Assembly (NCBI GenBank): GCA_030141605.1
Contig: JAQGDQ010000263.1
Location: forward strand, 62,001 to 126,000
Length of the DNA stretch: 64,000 nucleotides
Direction: 5' to 3'
Origin: Tubiluchus corallicola
Lineage: Eukaryota; Animalia; Priapulida
Positions 27,652-41,187 of this stretch are shown in pieces (position 1 is the first letter of the stretch; each line of letters opens with the position of its first letter). The translations under genes were made by a program, and so were the position numbers. The notes below the pieces were generated by a model, which saw only the letters and a program-made list of their open reading frames with translations, searched no databases and was not told the origin of the DNA.

Positions 27652-30600
27652 TTTTCCAACTCAGCCTGTACAGGGAACTCGGCAGAAAACTTAAAAACCA
27701 TCACAAAGTTTGGACCTCAAGTTGGGCCATTCAGCAATGGCATTCTGCCGTCCTCAAACATGGACGTATTATGGTTAACTAAAATCATCGGGATTACAAG
27801 CTATCGGTTCTCCACTTCCCATAGCAAACTTTCGCTAAATTTGTCTGAAGACTTTACCAACAAACTGAGCATTGACGTCAAGAAAATCTGCACCATTAAG
27901 TGTAATTTGTGAACAAACCCACAGCATGAAGAGTGCAGCAGTTCTGTATAATGAATGAACTTCTTGTGCTTTCCTCGCCTGTAAATGGCGGCTGTGTTAA
28001 AGTGAGCTGTCAAATCTCGTTTTCACTCAATTTTGTTGGTGAAAAAGTGAAGGTGGCAGCCGGTTTTTCTTCTATCGCCAGACATCTTAACGTTTCTAAT
28101 ATTCTTGGCAAAAGAAAAACGTGACCAGAACGACAAACAGGCGTACAGATCTTCAAACGTCAACACCGTTCTGATCTGTTAATACACAGAAAACTGATTT
28201 TATCTGTACGAGTCAATGCTTACACATTTAACATCAGTTAGACTATATTATTTAATCAAAGTTTGTACCATCTAGAACTATTTCAGTACATAGTACTTAA
28301 GCAAACTATCAAAGTCGATAAGTGTTATATGATTATATCTGAACAAATATAGTTGAAACTAAGTTCACAAGTACAGTCGCACATCCCTGCTTATCTATTC
28401 CACGAAATTCTTATTCTTGTTTCAGTTAAAACATTGCTCTTTGGACTTGTTCTCAAAACTAGGCAGGTTCTGATTTAACCTTGAGTTCACTTAAATACAA
28501 GTAGATAACCTAGGGTAAAGCAAAGAAATGATATTCAAAGTATAAAATCCAATAAATCAAGTATTAAAATCAAAACTAACAACACTAGGCTAGCTATCAT
28601 ACATTAACTCATGACGGTTCCAACCTGTTATATAAGAGCTATACAATGTAATTCAAATAACAACATGATTACGGTTTCGCGAGGACTGCAAATGTCACTC
28701 CAAATTGCCGAACCTGCTAACAGTTGTATCACACGGGAAACTACTTAACAAGGTAAACAAACCTTGTAAGTTTAATAATAAAGTAAACGAATTTATGTAC
28801 AATCCAATAATGAGGTACAAACGAATTTAGGTGCAATCCAGTAATAAGATGAACGAATACGTGTACTTTATTCACGTTTACGGTTTACGGTTTACGGTTT
28901 AATAATGGGGTAAATGAATTTGATGCCCAATCGACACGTACAACTAATCCTGGATCTGTTTGCCGTACAAAACCTAAGTTTTTTTGCATAATCGTAATCT
29001 CGACGATTTAATCTGGAATTTATATCGTAAGTACACCTACTGTTTTTCTAAAACTATAACATACGTGTTAGGTAGAAGTCATGCAATAATGTACATGCAT
29101 AAAAGAACAGTCAACAATTCAAAGCCATAGCATGCCAAGCAACCCAGCTTTCCGATGCTGTTGCTAGGAAACGGGAATAATAAACCGGATCAAAGGTAAT
29201 GCTCGCCGAGTAGATTCAGTATTAATGGGCTTCCGAGGGCAATGAGTGTGTAAATAAACAACTGCGCGATACAGGAGGGTTTCAGACAACGTTTGTTTTA
29301 GTGGCACGATTGAGTGTGCTGACTGCTTGGGCACAGACTGAAACAAAATGATTGTAAAAATGAACCTAATACTAAAATGTGGTAAAAATAAGTGGCAAAA
29401 TAGCAAACTCGATAAATTTTATGAATTAATAACATAAAATCATAAACAGCGTGAAAAGAGAATAAGCTTACAGTCAAAGCACAATAAACAAAAGATACAA
29501 AACTCGGTGAACGAAGCTCCCGTCGCTAAACATGATTTAGTCTAGATTAAAATAATATTCAGTAAAAACAAAACACATGCTGGTTTATTGCTGGGAAGTA
29601 ATTGCAAAAAGTATCCCTACGAAAAATACAAAGAACCACAGGAATGCAAAGGAGAGGTTTACATTTTGAATTGTGTGTGACTAGGACATGTTACAAGACT
29701 AGATGTACAAGTCGATTCCCGATTTCTAAAAACTAAAAACAGTGTTAAAATTCTTTTAATAAAACTACCAACAGATGCCTTCACAATTATCTAATGAACT
29801 AGAAAAACACTAAACCGTTGGTTTTGGTATTTGCGCTTTGAATGCTTCATTTCATCCAGAAATCAAAGCAAATTCAACATTCGAATTCAACCACGCAATT
29901 ACAATCACCGGAATGGGTGCGCAGAAACTGTAGTCTGTAGTCAAACTGTTATTGATAATACTGGGGTGCGTCATCGCAAATATTTTTCAAACGTAGTCGA
30001 AATTGATTGCGAGTTATTTTCCGTTAATGGAAGTCGTCATTTGTCCCCGCTTTTGACATAGCGCTGAACTCACTGAATGGCGATAATTTCATTACCTCTA
30101 TAATCGATGGGCCGCCGAGACAAATCTGTCTGAACCACACTTGACAACCAGCTGCTAGCGTCAAGACCGTCAATACAGCAAAATGAATGGTGTTTACCCA
30201 AAATCAAACTTGATCAAACTGGATGGTTGTTTTACAAACGCAAGACGTCTGCCCGACCGGATGAGGGACAAAACGAACCAACCACGTCCGGTTGGATTAA
30301 AATAAGCATCAGACGTCCATCAAAGAGAGACACCTGCCGGCGTTGTTCAGGTGAGTTCAGGTGTACACTCATCAACTGGTGCCACACGAGTTAGATCGCC
30401 CGAATGAGCAACAAATCTGCCAAAAATCCGGCAGATACTTCCTTGAATAAAGTGAAATCGAAGAGATTGTGGGTCGTTTGTAGACTAATCCCTGACTGAT
30501 ACTGCATGATCATAGGAAACTGTTGCCAAAGCATACTTCCGGTGGTCAGATAAAATGGAAAAATCCAAAAGACAGCTTTAGTAAATTTGCGAAGAAGTGT

Positions 30601-33235
30601 ATATATATAAATCTTTATTGCAAAAATTATACACTAGTATAGAGTAAAACAAATTACATCATACATAAAATCAGTGTATAACCAGTCAATGACAGACTGA
30701 TGTGTGCAATTGCGTCAGTTAATGTAAGTTAAAAATTATAAGAATAAAAACATTAAAATACAAAATTACATATCTACGAATTTGTCTACATGATGACATG
30801 AAGGTGACTTATGAAATATTGCGATTTTTAATACTTTTTGATAGTTTTTGTGGTATAAATTGATGAATCAATATCAAGAAACTGCAAATAGTAATTCGAA
30901 AACTACAAATGTATTATGATCTTTTGGCTGTAAGACAGTCTTAGCTGTGCACGTTTTTGAATTTAATCTATATTCGGTCCACTTTGTCAGCAAGTCCATA
31001 TCCACACCACGCATGTTTTATGTATCTACAAGAATCAGAACCACCCATACAGGTAAAACACACCTGTCGCGCACCGGTGAACGATTACAACTCTAACAGG
31101 TCTTTCAGTAGACAAACAGACAGACAGACAGTCATTCACACTTCTCGAATAAGGTATAGATTACGCATGTGAAGGAATACATTTGAGTCTCACATGTAAT
31201 GACTCTCCCAACAATGCTGGACTCAGCGTGAGCACTGGTCACTTTCTAGAGAGGATAGCTAGCCTAGGGTAATCCTATATTCTAGCAGCTGTCTTGACCA
31301 GCAGGCACAAAGCTTAAGTGTAAATGGGTTAAAGATGCTGATGTATGAATGATAAACCAGACGACTTGTTTTTGCCTTCACTAAGCTAGTTCAAAGCTAA
31401 TGGTGTCATTAGACTGCTTAACCTTGAAGTCAAATTTATCATCAGTTAGCAGGCCACTCTGCAACAACCGATATAATCACAGTCACTTATAATAAGTACT
31501 GTTCTTACAATCATCAATATGTTTTTGCTAGGATATTTAGTAAAGCATTTAGAAGTATTTGAAGTACTGTTTAGAAGTATTGTTCATTATGGCGACGGCA
31601 GGAAAACGGTCGATTTAGTTTCCTAGCAACCAGGGACAATCAAACATGACTTGTTTTTTAATTTCATGCTTTCACATCAGAATACGAAAATTAACAATAG
31701 GTAATATCACAGTCAATGTATTTTGACTGCATGAGAGAAACAAGAGGATATGAAGTCTAACGCAAGTTTTTTGTTTTTCCAACACGTTTCCAAAATGCAA
31801 TCTAATTAAGGAATGTAAACAGGGCGCGAAATTAAACTTCTGCAATAATGATGCAAATGGTTCATTTTACTCCATTTTTATCATAACTTCGTAAAAACTT
31901 CCAAAGTAATAATTTTGAACTATAGTTTAAAACTGGCTCCATGAAATGATCTGAAACAAAACATGTACTTTAAAAATTCTGTAATGATAAAGAAATTGTT
32001 CACTTTGCTCCATTTTTTTCATAACCTCGCAAAATGCTGTGCGCATGTGAGTACTTCAGCCTCTAACCCTTGAGCAAAACTGCCCAGTTTACATTGTAGC
32101 ATAAGTCAGTATAGACAGGTGTCGACGCCATATGGTTAAAAAGAAAATTCATCAATATTTTACAGGTGAAAGTGACAGCACCCATAATGAAACAAGCTAG
32201 CCCTGGTGCCTTGGGGATAGGAGAGGTGCATGTAATTGATAATCCGTTTTTGATTCACTCTTGGTCCACCATGTCAGGGGAAAGACCTTCAACAATGAGT
32301 CCCGTGGTGGTGAATGTTTCAGCAATGAGATCGGAATCATTTTTCTACAAGTTATTGTTAGGCCTAACCCTCTTCACAAGCTGTTGTTCAAATTACCAAA
32401 CTAATGCCCCAGAGGCCAGAGCATCATTATAAATTCGTATAGAGACACATCATCATTTTTTGCGTTTTTGTTAATAATTAATCAACCGTTACACTACCTA
32501 AATTCTTATCAATTATTAAATTATTTCAACAATAATTATTATTAATGGCTTTCCTCATTAACGTGGCTGTATACAATGAAGGCAATAAAACGATACGAAA
32601 AGCAGCTTATGGATTAAGTCTGGCGTTGATGGCTAGCAAAAGTCATGACTGCTTGCAGAAGATTAACAACACTTCGCGTTATAAAACGACAGATTTTTGT
32701 TTATAAAGCTCGGCTTAGCTAGCAGTTGTGTTCACTGTTCAAAAGCTCTGAAGGGAGTGTCAGCAGTGAAACTAACAGCCGAGAAAACAACGAATACGAA
32801 TCAAATGTGAATTCATAGGATCGTGAAACTCTAGAAAGTATTACCCTTTCTGCCAGGACTACGCATCTAATCGGTCTACGTTTTGGCGAAAACTATCTTT
32901 TAGCCAATGTATATAAATCGAGTTAATATTTAAATACTAATAACGACACTCCTACTAAATTAAATGTTTGTTTTTTGTCGATGTTTCGGCAAAGTCAAAA
33001 TCTAAGTTTATTATCTGACTAGATTCGCCCTTGGTTTAGAGAGACGGCACCGGCCACCCCATTCTTTGCTAAATTTAGAAATTGGAAGATTGCGTAAACG
33101 ATAAAGCAGCAACAACAAGAAAAAAACATCTAATACATCTCGGGCTTCAAATATCAGACGCTAATTGGTGTTTGGTGGGCCCCGTTTCACCCCACTCGAG
33201 GTGTTCCGTTTCTGTTTATGAACGCTGTGCATGAA

Positions 33236-36200
33236 TGCTGCATAGGCTAACACTTTACCGACTGTATAACTGCATAGGCTAACACTTTACCGACTGTATA
33301 ACTGCATAGGCTAACACTTTACCGACTGTATAACTGCATAGGCTAACACTTTACTGACTGTATAACTACAGTTACTATACTGTACTGTTACGATGATGCT
33401 GCATAGGCTAACACTTTACTGACTGTATAACTGCATAGGCTAACACTTTACCGACTGTATAACTGCATAGGCTAACACTTTACTGACTGTATAACTGCAT
33501 AGGCTAACACTTTACCGACTGTATAACTGCATAGGCTAACACTTTACTGACTGTATAACTACAGTTACTATACTGTACTGTTACGATGATGCTGCATAGG
33601 CTAACACTTTACTGACTGTATAACTGCATAGGCTAACACTTTACCGACTGTATAACTGCATAGGTTAACACTTTACCGACTGTATAACTGCATAGGCTAA
33701 CACTTTACCGACTGTATAACTGCATAGGCTAACACTTTACCGACTGTATAACTGCATAGGCTAACACTTTACCGACTGTATAACTGCATAGGCTAACACT
33801 TTACTGACTGTATAACTGCATAGGCTAACACTTTACCGACTGTATAACTGCATAGGCTAACACTTTACTGACTGTATAACTGCATAGGCTAACACTTTAC
33901 CGACTGTATAACTGCATAGGCTAACACTTTACCGACTGTATAACTGCATAGGCTAACACTTTACCGACTGTATAACTGCATAGGCTAACACTTTACCGAC
34001 TGTATAACTGCATAGGCTAACACTTTACCGACTGTATAACTGCATAGGCTAACACTTTACCGACTGTATAACTGCATAGGCTAACACTTTACCGACTGTA
34101 TAACTGCATAGGCTAACACTTTACCGACTGTATAACTGCATAGGCTAACACTTTACCGACTGTATAACTGCATAGGCTAACACTTTACTGACTGTATAAC
34201 TGCATAGGCTAACACTTTACCGACTGTATAACTGCATAGGCTAACACTTTACCGACTGTATAACTGCATAGGCTAACACTTTACTGACTGTATAACTGCA
34301 TAGGCTAACACTTTACCGACTGTATAACTGCATAGGCTAACACTTTACCGACTGTATAACTGCATAGGCTAACACTTTACCGACTGTATAACTGCATAGG
34401 TTAACACTTTACCGACTGTATAACTGCATAGGCTAACACTTTACTGACTGTATAACTGCATAGGCTAACACTTTACTGACTGTATAACTGCATAGGCTAA
34501 CACTTTACCGACTGTATAACTGCATATGCTAACACTTTACTGACTGTATAACTGCATAGGCTAACACTTTACCGACTGTATAACTGCATAGGCTAACACT
34601 TTACTGACTGTATAACTGCATAGGCTAACACTTTACCGACTGTATAACTGCATAGGCTAACACTTTACTGACTGTATAACTGCATAGGCTAACACTTTAC
34701 CGACTGTATAACTGCATAGGCTAACACTTTACCGACTGTATAACTGCATAGGCTAACACTTTACCGACTGTATAACTACAGTTACTATACTGTACTGTTA
34801 CGATGATGCTGCATAGGCTAACACTTTACTGACTGTATAACTGCATAGGCTAACACTTTACCGACTGTATAACTGCATAGGTTAACACTTTACCGACTGT
34901 ATAACTGCATAGGCTAACACTTTACTGACTGTATAACTGCATAGGCTAACACTTTACCGACTGTATAACTGCATAGGCTAACACTTTACCGACTGTATAA
35001 CTGCATAGGCTAACACTTTACTGACTGTATAACTGCATAGGCTAACACTTTACCGACTGTATAACTGCATAGGCTAACACTTTACCGACTGTATAACTGC
35101 ATAGGCTAACACTTTACCGACTGTATAACTGCATAGGCTAACACTTTACCGACTGTATAACTGCATAGGCTAACACTTTACCGACTGTATAACTGCATAG
35201 GCTAACACTTTACCGACTGTATAACTGCATAGGCTAACACTTTACCGACTGTATAACTGCATAGGCTAACACTTTACCGACTGTATAACTGCATAGGCTA
35301 ACACTTTACCGACTGTATAACTGCATAGGCTAACACTTTACTGACTGTATAACTGCATAGGCTAACACTTTACCGACTGTATAACTGCATAGGCTAACAC
35401 TTTACTGACTGTATAACTGCATAGGCTAACACTTTACCGACTGTATAACTGCATAGGCTAACACTTTACCGACTGTATAACTGCATAGGCTAACACTTTA
35501 CTGACTGTATAACTGCATAGGCTAACACTTTACCGACTGTATAACTGCATAGGCTAACACTTTACCGACTGTATAACTGCATAGGCTAACACTTTACCGA
35601 CTGTATAACTGCATAGGTTAACACTTTACCGACTGTATAACTGCATAGGCTAACACTTTACTGACTGTATAACTGCATAGGCTAACACTTTACTGACTGT
35701 ATAACTGCATAGGCTAACACTTTACCGACTGTATAACTGCATATGCTAACACTTTACTGACTGTATAACTGCATAGGCTAACACTTTACCGACTGTATAA
35801 CTGCATAGGCTAACACTTTACTGACTGTATAACTGCATAGGCTAACACTTTACCGACTGTATAACTGCATAGGCTAACACTTTACTGACTGTATAACTGC
35901 ATAGGCTAACACTTTACCGACTGTATAACTGCATAGGCTAACACTTTACCGACTGTATAACTGCATAGGCTAACACTTTACTGACTGTATAACTACAGTT
36001 ACTATACTGTACTGTTACGATGATGCTGCATAGGCTAACACTTTACCGACTGTATAACTACAGTTACTATACTGTACTGTTACGATGATGCTGCATAGGC
36101 TAACACTTTACTGACTGTATAACTACAGTTACTATACTGTACTGTTACGATGATGCTGCATAGGCTAACACTTTACTGACTGTATATCTACAGTTACTAT

Positions 36201-36667
36201 ACTGTACTGTTACGATGATGCTGCATAGGCTAACACTTTACTGACTGTATATCTACAGTTACTATACTGTACTGTTACGATGATGCTGCATAGGCTAACA
36301 CTTTACCGACTGTATAACTACAGTTACTATACTGTACTGTTACGATGATGCTGTATAGGCTAACACTTTACCGACTGTATAACTACAGTTACTATACTGT
36401 ACTGTTACGATGATGCTGTATAGGCTAACACTGACTGTATAACTACAGTTACTATACTGTACTGTTACGATGATGCTGCATAGGCTAACACTTTACTGAC
36501 TGTATATCTACAGTTACTATACTGTACTGTTACGATGATGCTGCATAGGCTAACACTGACTGTATAACTACAGTTACTATACTGTACTGTTACGATGATG
36601 CTGCATAGGCTAACACTTTACCGACCGTATAACTACAGTTATACAATCTAAACTGTACTGTTACGAT
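33236..36667. repeat. 3.4-kb minisatellite: 32-bp unit plus 65-bp variant unit, with a 1217-bp higher-order repeat
   Basis: Unit CTGCATAGGCTAACACTTTAC(C/T)GACTGTATAA; the 33-bp insert CTACAGTTACTATACTGTACTGTTACGATGATG is sporadic at first, then present in every unit after ~35990. Confidence 0.97.
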
Positions 36668-39600
36668 GAAATCACATTAACTGTGGGCATAAGATTATTC
36701 TGCGAATTGGATAATAACTATGAATTTTATGTCTTGCAAAAGAGTTAATCCAAGCAAAATGGACACAATGATTGTGATCTTTTTTACATTTGACTCTTGA
36801 TAAGTTGCCATGGCTACTTGATTATTCAAATATTTAAACCGAGTAAAGCTTCTCGATTTAATAATACCTATTACCAAAAACCGTAAAACTGAAAATTGTG
36901 AATCGCAAAAATCGAAAAGTTGAGCACGTCACGAATTTTTCCATAATTGAGTGGACATTAAATCGAAAACGTCCTTGCTCGTAAAAACGTCTTACCACCA
37001 AATAAGCCGATTTGCTCGGTAGTAAACAAGCAATTTTTTGTTTATTAACTTTGCCTGGGGTTATTTGTAGTTGATACTACCTGTCATTTGGTGATACACA
37101 AGCAAAAAGATGGTCATACAAAAAGAAAACCTCACTTAAAATCGGATGACATTGTATATATATGGAAAATTTTATGCAAAAAAAGTTAGCATATCTGTGC
37201 AAACGACCTTAGTTTACGATAACATTCGGTCAGCGCTCTGCCACCAGGCATGCAAATGCAATTACCTCATAAAACAGCCATAATAAACCTTGAATGTTTT
37301 TCCCTTGGCCTGTTAAAATATCGATTATTTGCACCAACTATTAGTTGTTGTTATTTACACGGTACAATTGCAAAAAGTAAGTACATCATGGCGAAGGCTG
37401 CTGCGCCTATTTAAAAAAGCTGAAAATATCGATGCAATTACACCGCGAAAGTCAATTTGGTGTACCGTCTGTCATCCAGACTTAGGTTCAAGGCTCAAGT
37501 GTTCCGTCAGCGGATATTTTTCTATCACCGCCTGACAGTCTAACAGAATGCTTAAGTGAATTATTTTTAATCTAAAGGAAATGAAGCCTCTATTATTCTA
37601 TTACTATCTTTTGTTTAGGCAGCATAAGACTAACCCTAACTGTCTAGCCAAAATTCGAATAGCTTCAGACACAGGCGATGGAATCCAAGCAATCACTTTA
37701 TATGAGAAAATACGATATGAAATACAAGAATTTAAATAGACCTTTATGCCTCTTTAGTTGAAAGTTAGTTCCCTTTTTTTCAAACGCACACATCGCATTT
37801 TCAGTAGAAAACCACTTGTTAGGGGAATATTAATGCTTGAAACCGAATGGCAACAATTACGGCTGTCACAAGGGAAAAGCGTCAAGCAGTGGTGAGGTGG
37901 TAATTATCAATCAAATTTATTGAACATTTATTGATCATTGTACTGAGTTCGCATCTCCATCAGGGTACTTGTGCACCTGGACGCGAACCTACATTCAGTA
38001 ACAAAGCAGGTGTGCACAACAACACCTGAGGGGAGTGTGATGATGACTGCTGCGTCATTATTATATACGCTTAAAGCTCTTTAAAATTAAACACACCAAT
38101 AGCAGGCGGAGATACAGCGTTTGGGACCGGTTTCTGGGATAGGTCAAGCAGAAACAACAAGTGTCTCCCCAGCCTTGATGCCTGCTGGCATGTACTACAC
38201 ACAGCTTGATTTAGAATGGCCGAAGGGAAAGTGGACAAGCTACACACTAGTGGACAGACCTGTTAGCGTAGAAACGCTGAAATATAGGAAAACTATTGCC
38301 GAGTCGATGATAATGATCTATTTGCTGACAAAGCTTTTGGAGTAAATGAATCATCAATCACTATAAAAGAGACGAAACAGTCGAGTAGAATGATTTATTT
38401 AAAAGGTTACTTTACACATGCAAGACCTGTGAAAGCCAAAAAGATGCATTATATTACACAAAATCAATAATTATGAATTCAAAGATACTATCAAGGCGGA
38501 CAATCAAAGTAGCAGAATCAATTCTTTTAAGAAAAAATCTTAGCGTTTATACGAGGCGTTTCGAAATGCTTTGGATGCAGGAACGAAGTCAAGGTTATTC
38601 CTCTTCACCAAAATTACCCGAAAGTGGTCGTGGAGAAGGGGCTGAATGAGTGGCAAATATATATTAAGGCAGCTTAAAAACACCAGCTAGAATTCTTAAA
38701 GTCTTATCATTCGTCGATGACGCACTACAACAGAATCAGCTAAATTTTGGATAGTTGAGAGAGAAGGACAATTAGTTTTTAAGTACTGATTCAAGTTCAC
38801 TTTCAAAAAAAGGACAAATCTGTCATCTTTCTTCCAAAACGATAGTTCTTTAAAAAACAGTGGATACTCTACATTTATAAAGCTACATGTGGACATAAAA
38901 TGGTGGCTTTACTCTTCAGTTACCACTTGTAGTTGCAAATCATATTACTTTATGGTGTGAATCTTTAAAACTACAGTAAGGATCGACTAATTTTAAAATA
39001 CAAGCGTGACTGACCGAATGACTTAGCAGCAGTTAATGTGCGCAATGAACTTTAATTTTTCCTTTTAAGGACAATCGCGATACCTTTACTTGAACCACCA
39101 CATCTTAGCAAGTTCAAGATTTGGATCAACGCCAAATTTGCCTAGTTGCGTGTGTGACGCATTCAAACTGGGCTGTTATTTCTGCTTGGCCAGGTACTAC
39201 AATTACGACATTACCCGTCAAACCAGTATTTTATACCACCAGCAAGCAACCGGTTGTCGAAAATGGTCTAAAATTACCCCCCGTAACAGCCGCTATGACT
39301 ACACACAGACAAGGGGAGAGAGAATAACTAGACCTCGTGCCAAGGGGACAACGGCCGCTCGAGGATGGCCAGTGGTGAAAGCCGTCATTATTTGCAAGAA
39401 ACTTAACCAGGGTACTAGACTCGTGCTTGCCCGTTTCCGTCTGACATCTTACATTGAATAATTAAAATATTAGCGTGTTGAACAAACATGGAACATAATC
39501 AAACAACACGACTCAGAACAAACTCCAAAGTTCACAGAAAATCCTATTACTCACATGTGTATGCAATCGAGCTGTGAATTCGTTTGTAACTCTTTACACC

Positions 39601-39898
39601 CGAATTGCTTTAATGTGAAAAGTAAAGACAGAAAACAGTTACTCTGCAAAGCACCCGGAATCTTCTCTTAGTTCTCTACCTAAGGAGGTGGATGAAGTTT
39701 AGTTACCACTAACGTATTCTTCTTTTAAATTTGTTTTAGGTCTTGGTGACTACCAAAATTTGAAATTTTTTCAGACTAAACACAGCAGTGATTACATTAC
39801 GTATTTTGTGTGTTATTACTATTATAGGACCATATAGTACATAATTAGTACACATAGTATGTGTTATAACTGTATATTCCAAAATACAATATAGTATA

Positions 39899-40262
39899 GG
39901 TTTTACACGTCAAATGTAGACACAGGAAAGTTCAAATGTAACTTTGGTGAGTCAAATGTAGACACAGGAATTTCGAATGTGTTTTGGTAACTCAAATGTG
40001 ACTTAGGTAAGTCAAATGTAGACACAGGAATTCCGAATGTGTTTTGGTAACTCAAATGTGACTTAGGTAAGTCAAATGTAGACATAGGACATTTGACTTG
40101 ACATGTGTCTACATTTGACTTACCAAAAACGCTTAAGATTTCTTGAAAACCGTTGTTAACACATTTGAACTGCCTAAGTCTACATTTGAGTTACCAAGAC
40201 ACATTTGAATTACCTAAATCTACATTTGACTTAACGTAAGTCTACATTTGACATGTAAAACC
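39899..40262. mobile_element. Foldback-like MITE with TA flanks and subterminal repeats
   Basis: TA|GGTTTTACACGTCAAATGTAGAC...GTCTACATTTGACATGTAAAACC|TA; internal GTCAAATGTAGAC repeats on the left are inverted on the right. Confidence 0.8.
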
Positions 40263-40345
40263 TACAAATACATTTGGTACTTCGTTAGTGAGAACAATGA
40301 CAATGGCATCATGAGAAAGAGAAAAACAATGTAACATTGACTTAC

Positions 40346-40475
40346 TAATATTTTCTTTATCCAGCCTCAGGTTTGCGGTCAGATCTAATCGGAATGACTG
40401 AACGATGGCCAGTAGCGCCAGCAGGACCAATGTCCACTCCATCATCACCTGTGCAGCTGCCAAGAATGTCCCCAT
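40346..40475 (-). CDS. Sema1a: Semaphorin-1a-like gene, first coding exon (signal peptide); exon with UTR extends to 40511
   Basis: Acceptor ttcgtttccacag| at 40512; ATG at 40475; MGTFLAAAQVMMEWTLVLLALLAIVQS-FRLDLTANLRLDKENI; donor A|gtaagt (phase 1) joins exon 20217-20307 in frame (A+GA = Arg). Confidence 0.8.
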
Positions 40476-40711
40476 GCTGGGCAACTATTGCGTCTAATCA
40501 AGGCCCAGTTGCTGTGGAAACGAAGCAAACGCAACATTATGATTTAGCATTGATCGAAAAGTTGCCTTAATTACTTTAGCTGTAGTGAATATTCCTAGAA
40601 GAGGCAGTTCTTGCAAATGCTGCAGTGAATTCGAACCCGTCACGCAAGGATCAGCCGTAAGAGTTTTGTCATGGAATATAAATAAAGTCCTAGAACTCTA
40701 TGTTATCTATG

Positions 40712-41187
40712 TTAAAGGAAGACCGGACGATTGTTTAGACTCAATCTCATTTTAATTTACTGTCCAAAATATAGATATTCTTGCCTATAAAAGTTAACAA
40801 TTGTTTCTTACATTTGAATAATTAGCTTATTATAATTATAATTAGAAAAAGGCAGGCGTCTTCCCTTGTGTATCAAGCACATTTACATAAGTGTTACAGA
40901 ACTGTTTAAACGCATAATGTCACGAAAAATGTGCTCTACATCATATGACGTCAGAAACTAACACTGCAGTTCATGATCATGCTTATCACGGTACCGTCTT
41001 CTATTTGTCGGCCACGCGAATGTGACAAAAAGGCGTTGCTTTGAAAGTTTAACAAAATTTGAGTATCCGAGGTAATTATTATTTAATCTAAGCTTTGATT
41101 TTAAAAAAAGGCCATTGTAGTTTTCAATATTTTAGAGCATTCTTTATTCTGAACTAATGTTTACACAATCATCCGGTTTTCCTTTAA
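40712..41187 (-). mobile_element. TTAA-flanked MITE family B, copy 2 (inverted, internally deleted)
   Basis: TTAA|AGGAAGACCGGACGATTGT...ACAATCATCCGGTTTTCCT|TTAA. Confidence 0.88.

Noticed and set aside
29466-29533. Alternative signal-peptide first exon of the semaphorin (MFSDGSFVHRVLYLLFIVL then GTAAG)
   Set aside because: An in-frame TGA precedes the donor and the phase does not fit exon 20217-20307.
33236-36667. CRISPR array (32-bp repeat with a 33-bp spacer-like insert)
   Set aside because: Units are mostly directly adjacent, the inserts are identical rather than unique, there are no cas genes, and the context is eukaryotic.
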